Of a stretch of DNA of 64,000 nucleotides, positions 1-13,400 are shown piece after piece (position 1 is the first letter of the stretch; each line of letters opens with the position of its first letter). The translations under genes and the position numbers were made by a program. This stretch comes from Piromyces finnis finn (taxonomy: Eukaryota > Fungi > Neocallimastigomycota), in contig MCFH01000042.1 of the NCBI GenBank assembly GCA_002104945.1, positions 419,119 to 483,118 of the forward strand, read 5' to 3'. The notes under the pieces are model-generated. The model did not search any database, had not been told where the DNA came from, and worked only from the letters and a program-made list of their open reading frames with translations.

Positions 1-797
1 TTTAAAATTTCATCTATCAATTTCTAATGATTATAATATATAATAGATATATACTTATTATTTAATATTTAAAAATATAAATTTTATAAAATATTCTCAA
101 TTTAATTGAGAAATTGGTGTAACAAAAGAATATGAAAGTTGAAATATCATCTAATGTTACTTACAAATGCATTCCATTCGTCAATAATTGATTCCATATA
201 TAAATAACTTGGGAAGAAACATACAATTCCATCAGGAACAATTTTTGAAAATTCTACCAATATTTGACCATAATTTCTTACTACAGCTAAATCGTTTCTA
301 ACTTCGAATTTTGAACTTACAGCTACTTGATCACTACCACGAGTAATAACCTAATAATTCATAAATAAATTAAAAATTTTTATTAATATATATTAATTCT
401 TTTATTAAAAATGTTTTTATATATATATATATATTATTTTCTTTACCATTGGTAAGAAACAATTTCTTGTTAAACTCATTTGATAACTCTCGGTTACTAC
501 TGGTTTAAAGCCTAGCAATGTAGGATATAATTCCATTGGTGATAAAGTACCTGATGTAATAACAACAGAACTAAATCTATCAAATACTGGTTTTATAGCA
601 ATAGTAGAATCAAGACAACTAAAATTATATTATATACACTTATTATTAATAATAATTATTATACTTATTATTAATTATATTAAAAACATTTTTACCATAA
701 ATGAATAATTGGATTTGGTATTGTATCTGAATCATTTTCAAATGGTTCAATAATAACAATAAAACCTATTATTTAATTTTAATATAAATTAATTTAA

Positions 798-840
<43 letters not shown>

Positions 841-3277
841 CTATTTATATTATTTTATCTATTTTTTTTATCAATATATAGATTATATAATTTTGTTGGT
901 AAATTTTACCTTTTTGATATGTAGATACTAATGTTGCAAAATTGGCAACTTTTTGCAATGAATAATGATCTTCAATATCATTTAATTCCAGTGTTCGAAT
1001 TAGTGAAATCAAACGTTCTGAACAAAATCTAATAATAATAATAATTAATAAATAAGTAAATAAATAATTTAATAATAAAATAAAATCAATTAAATAATAT
1101 AGATATAACCTTAATGGTTTTCGTTCAATAAACGAAACTTCTTTTAAATGAAGTAAAAAAGATGTTGGACTTTCTGCAACAACATGTAATACTCGTAGTC
1201 TTGTCTTTTTATTATTTAATGAAATATATATATATATTTAAAAGAAAAGAAAAATTAATAAATTTTCTAATGATATTTACTATTTGAAAATTTATGTAAT
1301 AAAGTTTACAAATTATACTTTTAAATATTCAATAAATCTTCTCAAAAATGCTACAAAATGTTCTGCTCTTCTAATATTTCCAGGAACAGCTTCATTTAAA
1401 ATTTCAGTTGGCAATACTAATTATTATCAAATAAAGATATACCGGATTTTATAAATAAAAATTTTATATACCATAATAAATATTTATATCTAATTATATT
1501 ATTTTTACTTGGATTTGTCATATATTCATCTGTTTCTCTATTTATATTTTCTTCTTTTAGACCTTCTACCAATCGTATATATTCTGATTTTAATTGATCT
1601 GCATCCTTTTCTTTAATTCTATAATATTTAATATAAATATTATTTAAAATTTTAATATTTTTTTTTCCTTTAAAAAAAAGGATAAATTCTTACTATATTG
1701 TATATGGATTAAAATACCAACTCTTTAATTCTTTCATTTAAAGCTTCAACACTTCTTGCACTGGCATCTAAAACGTTTCTAGTAATATCAATACTCATTG
1801 ATTCAGTACATACATTATCTAATGATAATTATAATTAAAAAAAATTAATAAATATTAAATATATTAGGTAGAAGATAGGGTTTAATAAAATACCAATATT
1901 GTGAGCTTCATCAAATACTACGATAGAATCTTTTTTAATTTCTTTTGAAATTAATTCTGCTACTTTTGGGTCAAGTAAATAATAGTAACTATATACTACT
2001 ACATTAGAATATGGTATCTTTTTTTTTTTTTTTTATTAATTATATTATTAAAAGTTTCAATTAATTTATTATTAAAAAAATATTATAATTTGAAAATCTT
2101 TATTGTTGTACCATTCTTCTTGCTAAAAAATATGGACAATAGGTTTTTTCATTGCAAAAATTTTTTAAATCTTCCAATGTATATACACCCGCTGGCATAG
2201 AGGCATTTTCACTACTATTTTCTAAATTCTATTATATTTAATTAAAAATATAGAATTTAAGAATATATATTTATTATATTGTATTGAGTGAATTATACTT
2301 GAAATTAATTCAATTACATACTTCATAATAATCACATAAAGGAAAATCTTCTATATCATCACTATTTTCTCTTTTTTCTCTTATCCATGATGCTGTTAAA
2401 TTTCTACATTTGGAATCAATTGTTCTTCCTCTCTTTTCTTTTGTTACCTAACAAATAGAATTGGTTTATAAATTTAAAAATTTCTTTTTTTTTTTTTTAA
2501 TTACTTTTATTTTTAAAAAGATTAATACCTGTGGATGAATACACAAATTTCTTCTTGAAGTTAAGCCTAAACCTAAAAATTGTTCTTTCAAACCACAACT
2601 TTCGCGATAATCCATTAATCTTTTTAATTCCTGTAAAGTTTTTTCAAGTTCAGGAATTGTTCTTGAACAATATACTAATTTTCTATGTTCTGGATAATGC
2701 TAATGTCATTTATGAATGTTAAAATTTTGATTTTTTTTTTTAGCTAATGAAATAATTAAAAAAAAAAAAAAAAAGAAAAATTCTAAAATTTTAATATTCT
2801 TTATATAAATATTACCATTTGATATGCTACAATTAAGGACAATAAGGTAATAGTTTTACCTGTACCGGAAGGCATTTCTAATAAACAATGCCCCTTTAAA
2901 TAAATTAATATTACTTTAATATTCAAATTTTTTTTTTAAAAAATTTTATAATAAGTGTATTACTTTGGCATCAAGACTTTTTTTCAAGTCTTTCATATAA
3001 GAATATTGTTCAGGGTATATATAATCATATGGAAAGTATACTGGAAGATCATCAATATAAAACCTTTTAAAGTTATGAAGTATATTTGTTTTATTTTTGG
3101 AAATAAGGCGTTTTTTAAATAATAGTAATTTTAAAGAAAGAAATGATTTCAAAATTGTATATATTCGTAATTAATAATAATTTTAACAAATTCTATTATA
3201 ATTATATAATGCATTTCGCATAATGCATATATATATATATAAGTTATCATTTGAACATATTTCTAGACTTACTTCAT
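1..3277 (-). CDS. RAD3: TFIIH helicase subunit XPD/Rad3 (multi-exon; 3' part runs off the left edge)
   Basis: Spliced manually. 5-nt first exon ATGAA|GTAAGT (3277-3273), then [22 protein letters not shown], Walker [10 protein letters not shown], Fe-S cysteines (LCIHP, SKCR, LCDYYE, YCPYF), VVFDEAHNI, and [18 protein letters not shown] near the window edge. Confidence 0.97.
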
Positions 3278-3718
3278 TTTTAATATGTAAAGAAAACAAA
3301 TTGGTCTAGGTGATAATAAAAATTAATTGAAATTATTTTTATTTTAATAAATTCATTTAAGAAATTTCAAATGATTTTAGATTAAAATAAAAATAAAAAT
3401 GGAATAAAATTGAAATAAAATTCAATCACTTTTTTTTTATTAATGTATATTTATTCCTTTTTTTTTTATTTTTTACTTTTTTTTTTTATTATTTTTTTTT
3501 TTTTTTTTGCTTTTGTATTTGTATATTTACAATGTTAAAAGTCTTTTTCAAAAAAACAATTTTAAATGAATGAATAAAAAAAAACTTTATTATTTTTTTT
3601 TCTATAAATTTGATTTTTGTATTACATTTGAACTTTTAATTTTTAAATTTTTTTTTTTTAAATTTTTAATGAAAAAAAAAAAAAAAAAGAATTTTCATTA
3701 TTGATGGTATTTCATAGA

Positions 3719-5265
3719 TTAATAGAAAATAGTATCTTTATTAATAATTCTAACTAAACCTCTGTATTTTTCTTCCTTTCCTATACTCCATAAATAAGTA
3801 TCAATATCTGTTTCTAAAATTTCATTATCCATAAATGTAATATTTTGTTCTTTTAATCTTTGAGCTATTTTTTCGCAAGCTACAATTGATGCTGCTCTTA
3901 ATTTTACATCTGTATTTGTTTTTGACATATTTTCCTTATTTTCAATAGCGGAAAGAATATCAGATGATGGAGAAAGAACACCAAGATCAATTAAAACAGT
4001 TGGAATAACATTGTCTGCAAAAATTGTTAAATTTTCAACACCTTTAATATCAAATAATGGATATTTTTTATGGAAAGCTTTGTAAAGACTATATACAAAT
4101 AATTGGGCTTTCTTGAAAATGAATACCTCTATATTACGTTGAATTATTTATAATATAATTAATAACAAACATGAATATCAAATTAAAATATACAATATGA
4201 AACCTAAAAAAAAAAAGAATTTAAAAAAATTATTAGTCATTACCTTTATTATTAACTACAGCTGAATCTTGGAAGGCAGTTAATACATTTACTACTCCTT
4301 TTAATATTACTTCTGCTCTGTTCACTTCATTTTTTGTAGAATTGATTAAATACATTATAAATTGAGCAAGACTTCTGTAACCTCCTTTTTTTAAATCTAA
4401 CGCAGTTTTTTGGAAAACATTTCTCAATTTTTCGGCAAATTCACGAAGACAATGTTGTGTACTAACGGTAACACCTGGCATGTTTTCACTTTCTTTTTCT
4501 TCACCTAATAATGGAATTTGGAAAATTGAAGATATATCTGTAATAGTAAGTCCAGCCATATGATTACATGTACCATATTGCATTTTTGATATATGCATAC
4601 TAATAATTCCGAATTTGATAGTATTAGCAGCTCCCTATATATTAAATATATATTATTGAAAATTCATTTATATATATACATAATAATAATTAAAAAAAAA
4701 TAATTAATTATTTTATTATTTTATTATTTTATTATTTTATTATTTTATTATTTTATTTTATTTTATTTTAAATAAACAACTGTTGCTTATTTAAAATAGA
4801 ATATTATCATTTTATTTTTATAATTTTAAATTTAAATTTTTAATTAAATTTTATTTATTACTCTATTACAGGCTTCGTGAAGTTCATCTCTCCAACCACT
4901 ACCAAATGCCAATAAAGCATTTAAACCAACAAAATTTAGTTCTTCTTCTAAAGTATCAAATTTTAATGGAACTTTTAAGGGATTGTTTGTATCGTAATAC
5001 TTTCCAAATGATTCGAAATTATTGCTTTTTATTCTTTCTATAAATTTATCAATATGTTCGTCAGAAATCTAATAGTATAGACAAAATATGATACATATTT
5101 TTAGTAATTTATCATTGAAAAATATTAATTTTCCATTTAAAATTATATGGAAAAAAATATTACTTTAATTGAATTTTCATTTTCTTTCTGTAATTCTCTA
5201 CAACTTCTTCTAACGGCTTCTATATAATCGTCTTTTGGTAATATTGGATTATCTAATGCTGACAT
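3719..5265 (-). CDS. QNG1: Queuosine salvage protein / Q-nucleotide N-glycosylase (DUF2419, QNG1/C9orf64 family), 4 exons
   Basis: Spliced protein has ALLAFGSGWRDELHE..GAANTIKFG, FIFKKAQL, LTIFADNVIPTVLIDLGVL, DVKLRAASIVACE, DIDTYLWSIGKE and C-terminal KDTIFY*, all DUF2419 hallmarks. Covers ORFs 4233-4598 and 3719-3928. Confidence 0.85.
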
Positions 5266-5382
5266 GATTTATACAATTTTTTACTTTTATTATAATTAAA
5301 TAGAATAAAAAATTAAAAGATTAAAAAATCTTAATAAATAATTAAATTAATTAATGAAATTAATTATTAATTAAAAACATGA

Positions 5383-5392
5383 ATACACGTGT
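5383..5392. promoter_or_regulatory. E-box/CACGTG palindrome (ACACGTGT) in the QNG1-PCC1 bidirectional promoter
   Basis: ATACACGTGT lies between divergent ATGs at 5265 and 5485, in otherwise almost pure A/T sequence. Confidence 0.45.
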
Positions 5393-5484
5393 TTTTTAAC
5401 ATAGATTTATAATTTTTATTTTTATTTTTATTGTTATTATTATTTTTTTTTTTTAAATATATATTCTTTGTGTTAAAAGTAAAA

Positions 5485-5969
5485 ATGTTTGACCATCAAT
5501 TGTAATTAATCTTTAACTTGGAAATGTTATTATAATTTAAAAGTAAATTGCTTATTAAAATAAATTTATTTATAAATATAATTAGAACAATAAGGATTCC
5601 ATATCCAGAAGAAAGATATGCTGAAATTGCTGCTAAAACTTTAAATGTAGATAAAGAATTAAAAGAAAATGTCATTCGTAGAAGTATAACTACCGAAAAG
5701 AATGTTTTGATAATGTAAGGATTTTTATAACAAATTCAAATTAGATATTAAAAGTTCAATTAAAAATTATTTAAATTATACTAATTGTAATTATAAATGA
5801 CTATCATACTTTTTTTTTATTTTCAATTTTTAAATTCACAATTTAAAATTTAAATATAAAAAGAAATTTTGAATGTACAAATGCAAAATCACTTAGAACT
5901 TCAACACAAAACATAATGGAATTATTAACTCTTATTACGAAAACTATGAATGAATTTGGAGATGCATAA
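5485..5969 (+). CDS. PCC1: EKC/KEOPS complex subunit Pcc1/LAGE3, 3 exons
   Basis: Spliced: MFDHQL|TIRIPYPEERYAEIAAKTLNVDKELKENVIRRSITTEKNVLI|INFECTNAKSLRTSTQNIMELLTLITKTMNEFGDA*. Typical Pcc1 pattern; not in the ORF track. Confidence 0.92.
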
Positions 5970-6038
5970 AATTTAATATAACACCTGTACTGCTATTCTC
6001 TTTTCATTTACTTTATAATATCAATAATTTTATGTAAA

Positions 6039-6039
<1 letters not shown>

Positions 6040-6086
<47 letters not shown>
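6040..6086. repeat. (AAT)n trinucleotide microsatellite
   Basis: Uninterrupted taataataat... run of roughly 15-16 units downstream of PCC1. Confidence 0.9.
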
Positions 6087-6092
<6 letters not shown>

Positions 6093-6383
6093 TAAAAAAT
6101 CTAATTTTATAATAAATTAAAAAAAATTAATGAAATTTCATTTCGAAAAAACTTTTAAAAAAAGAATATTTATTTAATAAATAATATATTTTCTAAAAAG
6201 AGAAATATTATAAAGAGAAGTAATAATAATAATTTTTAATAGTTATGTTATAGTATCTGTACTTTATTTAAATTCTTTTATTATTTTTTTTATTAAAATA
6301 AAAATTTTATATTTATAAAATAATTTTTTTCCTTTATTTAAATAAAAATTTTTTATATTTTAAGTAATATTATTACAAAAAAA

Positions 6384-8177
6384 ATGGAGGATTTAGATTA
6401 TTATGAATTATTTGGTTTAAAAATTGAGAGTACTCAAAATGAAATTAGAAAGGCATATTAGTAAATATTATATATTCATAATATATTATTAATGATTTAA
6501 CAAATGGTATATTATACTATTCATTCATTGAAGAAATTAATTTAATTTTTTTCTTTTTTTAATTCAATTGCAAATTTAAAAAGTAAAAAAGCTTTAAAAT
6601 ACCATCCTGATAAAACTAAAGATGAAGATAAAAGTAATAAATATATACTTTTTTTTTTATCTTATTTCTTTAAATTTTATTTTATTTTAAATATATGTAT
6701 TAAATATTCCTTTAAATAATTATATAATTTTAGTTAAAATATTCTTGAAATTAACAAAGGCATATGAAACATTAAGTGATCCTAAAAAGAAAAGAGAATA
6801 CGATGAAAAAATAAAAGCAAAATTACATCAAAAGGAAAGAATAGAAAAATTTGATTCTAAGAGAAGACAAATGAAAGAAGGTACTTGATTTATATATTAA
6901 TATTCCAAAGTCTTTCATATTGGTAATTATATAATTTATATATCTATATAATTTTTATTTTATAAAGACTTGGATTTAAAAGAAAGAGCTTATAAACGTC
7001 AAAAAACCGAAGAAGCATTATCAAAAGAACAACTAAAAAATGAAGTAAGAAAGAAGAAAGAAAAAAATATAGTAATTCAAAAATTTATATATAAATTTCA
7101 AATTAAAAATTTTATATTAATTAATAAAAATTAAGATAAATCGATTAAGAGAAGAAGGTATTAGAATACTAAATCAAGCAATGGAAGAAGAAAAAGCAAA
7201 TGAAGAAAAGAGTCAAAATAATTTAGGTTTGCATTAACCTTATTTATTTTAAAAGTTAAAAATATATATATAAATATATAAATTCTAAATTTTAAAATTT
7301 ACAAATTTCATTAATTTTTAAATTTCATTTTTACAATAAACCTCGCAGAATCTCAAATATCGGATATTGATAAAACATTGATATTAAAATGGAAAATAAA
7401 ATACAATTTTACTCAAGAAGATTTAGATGCAATATTTTCAAAGTATGGCGATATTGATTACTTGAAAATAAAATATTCAAAAAAAAAAGGAACAGCTGTT
7501 ATTCAATTTAAATCTTTATATTCTGCTGTAAGTGCTCTTCTTAAGTATTATATTTATTTAATCTGTATAATATGGTTACATTAATTTTATTTGTAATATT
7601 ACAATAAAATATAATTAAATTTATTCAAGTATTCAGTGATTCAAGATAAACAAGATAAAAGTAATAAATTGATAAATAAAATTGATATAGAATGGGCACA
7701 GAAGGATGAACCTAAAATTATAAAACAATTTGAAAATAGTTTTAAAAATGAATATAAAAGATATAAACAAACAGTAGAAACCACAGATAACAAATCCAAC
7801 AATAGTAATAGCAACAATAATAATATGGATGATGATGGATCAACAGATACAAAGAATTCATCAAATAACAGTAGTAATAAAATAAGTAGTAAAATAGATA
7901 CATTACTCAAAGAACAAAACTCAGATATACCTTCAACATCATTTAGTTTTTCATTTAATGCCACAGAAGTATTTATAAAATTATATAATTTAATATTTTT
8001 TAATTATTTAATTATATAATATTAATATTATTACTTTTTTATCTTTATACTTTTTTTAATATATTATAGAAAATGAATATGAGTTTGGATGATTATGAAA
8101 ATTATACTTTGATGAAGATGAGAAAATTGGAAAAAGAAAAAAAGAAAGAGGATATATTGAAAGAAAATAATGAATGA
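6384..8177 (+). CDS. DNAJC17: J-domain plus RRM protein, DNAJC17/Cwc23 spliceosome-associated co-chaperone
   Basis: Spliced: MEDLDYYELFGLK...KAYYKKALKYHPDK (HPD motif), a coiled-coil region, an RRM (FTQEDLDAIFSKYGDID...KGTAVIQFKS) and the conserved tail DDYENYTLMKMR. Confidence 0.9.
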
Positions 8178-8480
8178 TACTCTACTATATATAATATAAT
8201 AATATATATACCATTATGATCAATAATGTAGAAGATAATATATAAATTACAAAGTGCATAAATTAATTTTATTATCAAAATTTGAATAATACTGGAAAAT
8301 AATAAATATATTTTTTATTATTTCATAATAATACATGCAAATATTATGTGTTGAGATATTATTTTAGCCATTCTTGTTTATTTTATGTTTTTAACGAATT
8401 TCATTTAAAATTAGTGAAAAAAAAAAAAAAAGTTTTCCATAAATTGAAAAAGAGCGTTATATTATTTATTTTTATTTTGC

Positions 8481-9670
8481 TTAATTTTGTTTTGGTATAG
8501 CTGGATATTCCTTTCCTTCATAAATTATTTTACCATTTGAATAAAGGTTATCTAATATTTGTTCAAGATTTGAATTTATTCCTCTACAGCCTACAATATA
8601 AATGTAATAGAAAAAAAAAAATAATAATAATGATAATAATAATTTAATAATAATTTTATTATTGTTATCAAATACTTTTTATTTCTACAATATACCATTT
8701 GTAACTTTTTGTGCCCATGAGAAATATTGTTGTGCTCTTTCAATAGACCTATTTAAAAATCATTTAATAATTATTTAAAAATGATTATAAAATAAATAAT
8801 ATTCATTTTACCAGCCAATAGGAACTGATTTTTGAAGGTCTCTTAAATTATAAATTTTATCTGCCATTTTAACAGCTTTTCCTCTGTCAGATTTGTGTGG
8901 AGCAGTTACAACTTGTAATCTAAATATGATATAAAAATGAAAATTTTAATAAAATAAAATTTCAAATTGGAATTTAATAAAATTGTTTTTTGTTTAAATA
9001 TATATATATATATAATAATAATACCTTTTTCTTTCAGCAGATGGTAAAGACTTATCATCTGTAACTTCTTTAACAACATCAGTAACTTCAGAACCAAAAT
9101 TTGCTGTTATCTAATTATTGATATTTATATTTAAATAAATTTAGAATACTAATAATATTTTCATAAAAAAATTAATTACTTTTTAACATACTTCGTCAAA
9201 AGAAGTATCAGTATCTTCAACTTTAAAAAAAAAGAAAAAAATTTTATACATGTTTATTAGTCATTAGGCATTGTCTTAATTATATCTAAATGTAAATATA
9301 AATAAAAAATATTTACCAGTATCATGAAGAATTGCTGCTTGAATGGTTACTAAATCTTTTACTCCTCCTTCAAAAAATAATATATTAGCAACACCAATTG
9401 GATGATTTACTATAAAAATTATTATTTAAATTTTAAATTAAATATAAATTAACATTTTTATTATTATACTTCAAATTTAAATATATTATTTAAAGTATAT
9501 TACACTTTTTTTTATATATTTAATTTTATTATTTTATACATACTATATGGAGTTCCAGCAGCATCTTTTCTTTTTTGAAAACTGTGTTTTAAAGCAGCGA
9601 AATTCATTGCTTTTAAAATTCCTGACATTACAGTTACACTTGAATCAACACAATTAACTAAAGATGCCAT
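8481..9670 (-). CDS. HDDC3: HD-domain hydrolase MESH1/HDDC3 (ppGpp hydrolase / NADPH phosphatase family), 7 exons
   Basis: Spliced: [33 protein letters not shown]...[17 protein letters not shown]...[19 protein letters not shown]...[13 protein letters not shown]...[14 protein letters not shown]. Near-colinear with the animal MESH1 sequence as I recall it. Confidence 0.95.
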
Positions 9671-9804
9671 TTTCAAATTTTCGAATTAATAATACCAATA
9701 ATACCAAAAGTAATTATATAAAATAAAAAAATATTATTTTTATTTTATCTTGTTTTTAAAAATAAAAATAATCAAAAAAATTAATTTTTATATTTATTAA
9801 AAAT

Positions 9805-9813
9805 ATACACGTG
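9805..9813. promoter_or_regulatory. E-box/CACGTG element upstream of MESH1
   Basis: ATACACGTG about 135 nt upstream of the ATG at 9670; identical 9-mer to 5383-5391. Confidence 0.4.
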
Positions 9814-10256
9814 ATTTATTAATTAAATTAAAAAATGTTAAAAAGTTTATAATGAAAGCTTAAATAGGATAAGTTACATTAAATTAATAATCCTGAACGA
9901 TTACAAGCTTATTGAAATAATGCTTTGTTTTTGTTTTTTTTTTTAATATTTATAATTTTATAAGAGTGGTATTACTATTTATTATTTTATTTTTCGAAAT
10001 GAAATAATTAAAATATCAAAACTTTATATATTTACTGAAATATTTATATCACTAATATAGTAAAATTTAGTTCTAACATTTATATATATATTTTTAGTTT
10101 TCATTCATCATAATAATATTTAGTATTATGATATTAAATACCGAAATTAATAGTAATTATTAAAAAAATGTAATGAATGTTAATTTAATATGAAATAATT
10201 ATAATAATTATTATTGAAATTAATGGTAAAATGTGATAGAATTTATAACTAAAGGG

Positions 10257-10296
<40 letters not shown>

Positions 10297-10465
10297 TAAA
10301 CATATTTTTTGATAAAAGATTATTTCATTTGTACAGTTTTATCTATAAATGAAATAAATATATAAAAACTTAAAACTAATATAATTCTATTGGTATATTA
10401 CTTATTAAATAGATTTTTTTTTTTTTTTTTTTTTTTTTAAAATTACTGAAAATAAAAAATTAATA

Positions 10466-13400
10466 TTAGAATTTTGGAGAATTAGCAATAGATCTATTGG
10501 TATCATCTAAAGAATTAAAGTTTTTATATACAAAATTATCAAAATCGAGATTATTACTATTATTAAAGTTTATATCCGTTAAAATTGGGTCACAATAATA
10601 ATTTAGTGTTGAATTTTCACGTTTTAATTCTGTATTATTTTGTTGATTTATGGTTTCATCAATATTTTCAAAAGTTCCACTTTTATTACTTCCGTTTAAT
10701 TCACCTCTCGCTATTTTAGATTTTTTGATAAATTAGAAAATAAATGAAAATATAATATACTATATATATTTTATTTTTTAAAAACTTTATTATTAATAAT
10801 AATTACCGATGAAGTAAGACGTATCTAAACAATCATTTGGTGATGGGATAAATGGTGCTGGAAGATTACGAATATTGTTCCAGTCTAGTTCTTTGTAAAA
10901 TTCATGTTCTCTTATTTCTTTTATATTCCCATATATAATTTCATAATAAATATAACATATACAATATATTAATAATTTTTATTGTATAATTTTTCTATTC
11001 ATAATTTTAATACAAATTTTAATATACCTGGTTCCTTAAATCTTAATTTCGGATTTGGATCCAGTAGATGCTTAATCAAATCTTTTGCATTTTCAGATAC
11101 TTCTTGATCTTCTTCATCTTCTTCTGGCCATTGTATTTCTATTTATTTTTTATTAAAAAATATTTAATTTATTTTTGTTATATTTAAGATATAATATCTT
11201 TTTAAGTATTATCTATAGTTACTTTGATCAAGTATATTTTTAAATATAAAGCTTGGAGATTCATCTGTAAATGGAGGATATCCATATAAAAATTCAAATA
11301 AACACACACCTAAGGACCACCAGTCACCTTCACAACCTATTTCAAGAAATTTAAATATTTATTAAATATAAAATAATCATAATATTTGAATAATATTTCA
11401 ATATTGTTTTTTTTTTTTATTACCATTTCCAAAACCTAATAATAACTATAGATAAATAAAAATATAAAATGATTAAAATTAATAAATTAATAAATACGTA
11501 TATGTCATTTATTTAACTTTATTGCATACCTCTGGGGCTAGATAATCCGGTGTACCTAAAAGGTCTCTATTATTACTTGTCTTACTTTTTTCATCTGATG
11601 ATTTATTGCGGATGCCATTACCTCTATCATTCTTTTTTATTGCAATCCTTCTTCTTCGGGTTAATATTCTTTCTTCTTTATGGTTTTTTGATATTGATCC
11701 ATATCCATCATTACTGTTAACAACAATTCTCGATAATCCAAAATCCTATATATATATTTTGTTTTTATTTTTAACATAAATGTTTAAATATTAAAAACTT
11801 AAAAATCATTTTATATAATTTTTATATACTGTACTTACGGTTAATTTTATATGTCCTTCTTTATTAATAAGTAAGTCTATGTTATAGATAATAATATTAT
11901 GTTAATAATAATAATAAAAAAAATATTTTTAATTACAAATAACATTAGAATCTTTACTATCTGGTTTTAAATCACGATGAATAATAGAGTTTTTATGTAA
12001 ATACTCTAGAGCAATAGCAGTTTCAGCAATATATATTTTTGCCATATTTTCATCAAAATATCCAAAATTATTTAATAGTGAACTTAAATCACCTATATTA
12101 TTATATTTTGAAATTTAAAATAATTTTCAATAAAAAATTTATTATTAATATTACTATAAATTAAAATATATTTTACCTCCAATTAAATATTCCATAACCT
12201 TTAAAAATCATTTTTATGAATAATATATATATAATTTACAATGGTTAGTAATTTTATAAGTTATATTGTTTATATAATTTATATTGGTTGTATCTATTAT
12301 ATTAACTATACATACCAAATATAAATATTCTTTACTATGAAAAGCATAATATAATTTAACAACAAAAGGATTTCTGGATAATTCCAATACCTTCTTTTCT
12401 GCTAACACTTGACTTACCATATTTTTTCTAATCATATCTGATTTTTTCATAACTTTAATGGCATATAAATCTTGGGTTGCACGTTTTCTTGCCAAATAGA
12501 CTTTACTGTAATTGAAAGAAATAATTTTTTAAAAAAAAATTCGTTATTAAATATTTAAATTTAATTTTATCCACATGAATTTTATATAAAAAGTAAGTAT
12601 TTACCCATAAGCACCACGACTAATAGGTTTAATAATTTCAAAGTCTTTAATACTTGGAATTGTATTTTTACCTATGACCTATTAATTAATTTTAAAAAGT
12701 TAATATTATTTATACATAACCAATAATATTTATCCATTTATTTCATTTATTATAACATTACTTGTTTTGTTCCGTTAATACTGCTAACTCTTTTATGATA
12801 ATTTGCTCTTCGAATTAATTCACTAAATAATGAAAAGAATTTTTTTGGAGATTCGTCTAATTTAATTATACATTTTTATTAGTAACTATAGATAAATTAT
12901 TAATTATACTACAGTTTAACATTATACCGTGTTGATACATTCCAGACATTCTATTCTTATCAATTGATGTTGTTGAATTAAGACTCTTGTCACTTGTGCT
13001 TGTAATGTCTTGAAGCGATGTTTTATCTTTAAATAAAGTTGAAGATCTTTGATTATGAGTAATTTCTGAATTTTTATTTATCATTCTTGTTTTGTTATAA
13101 TTTAATTCTAAAGCTTTATAAGTTCTAACAGCTTGAAGCTCATTAATTAACTAATAAAAATATTTAGAAAAAAAAAACGTTTTAATAATTTCCTTTTTTT
13201 TCATAATGATATATATATTAAATTATTTTAATTTTTTACAATTGTTCTTAAAGAAACACCAATATTATATATATCTTTGTGAATAACTGGTGGTTTATCT
13301 TCCAATATCTTCTTAAGTTTAAAAATATATTTTTCTAGTCTTTCAACTTGATCATCTTGATGACGTGATACTTTAACATCAATTTCCATCATTCTTTTTT

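Noticed and set aside
7641-7964. Hydrophobic antisense ORFs (also 28533-28718, 34395-34631, 37827-38257)
   Set aside because: They are mirror frames of Asn/Asp/Thr-rich coding sequence on the opposite strand.
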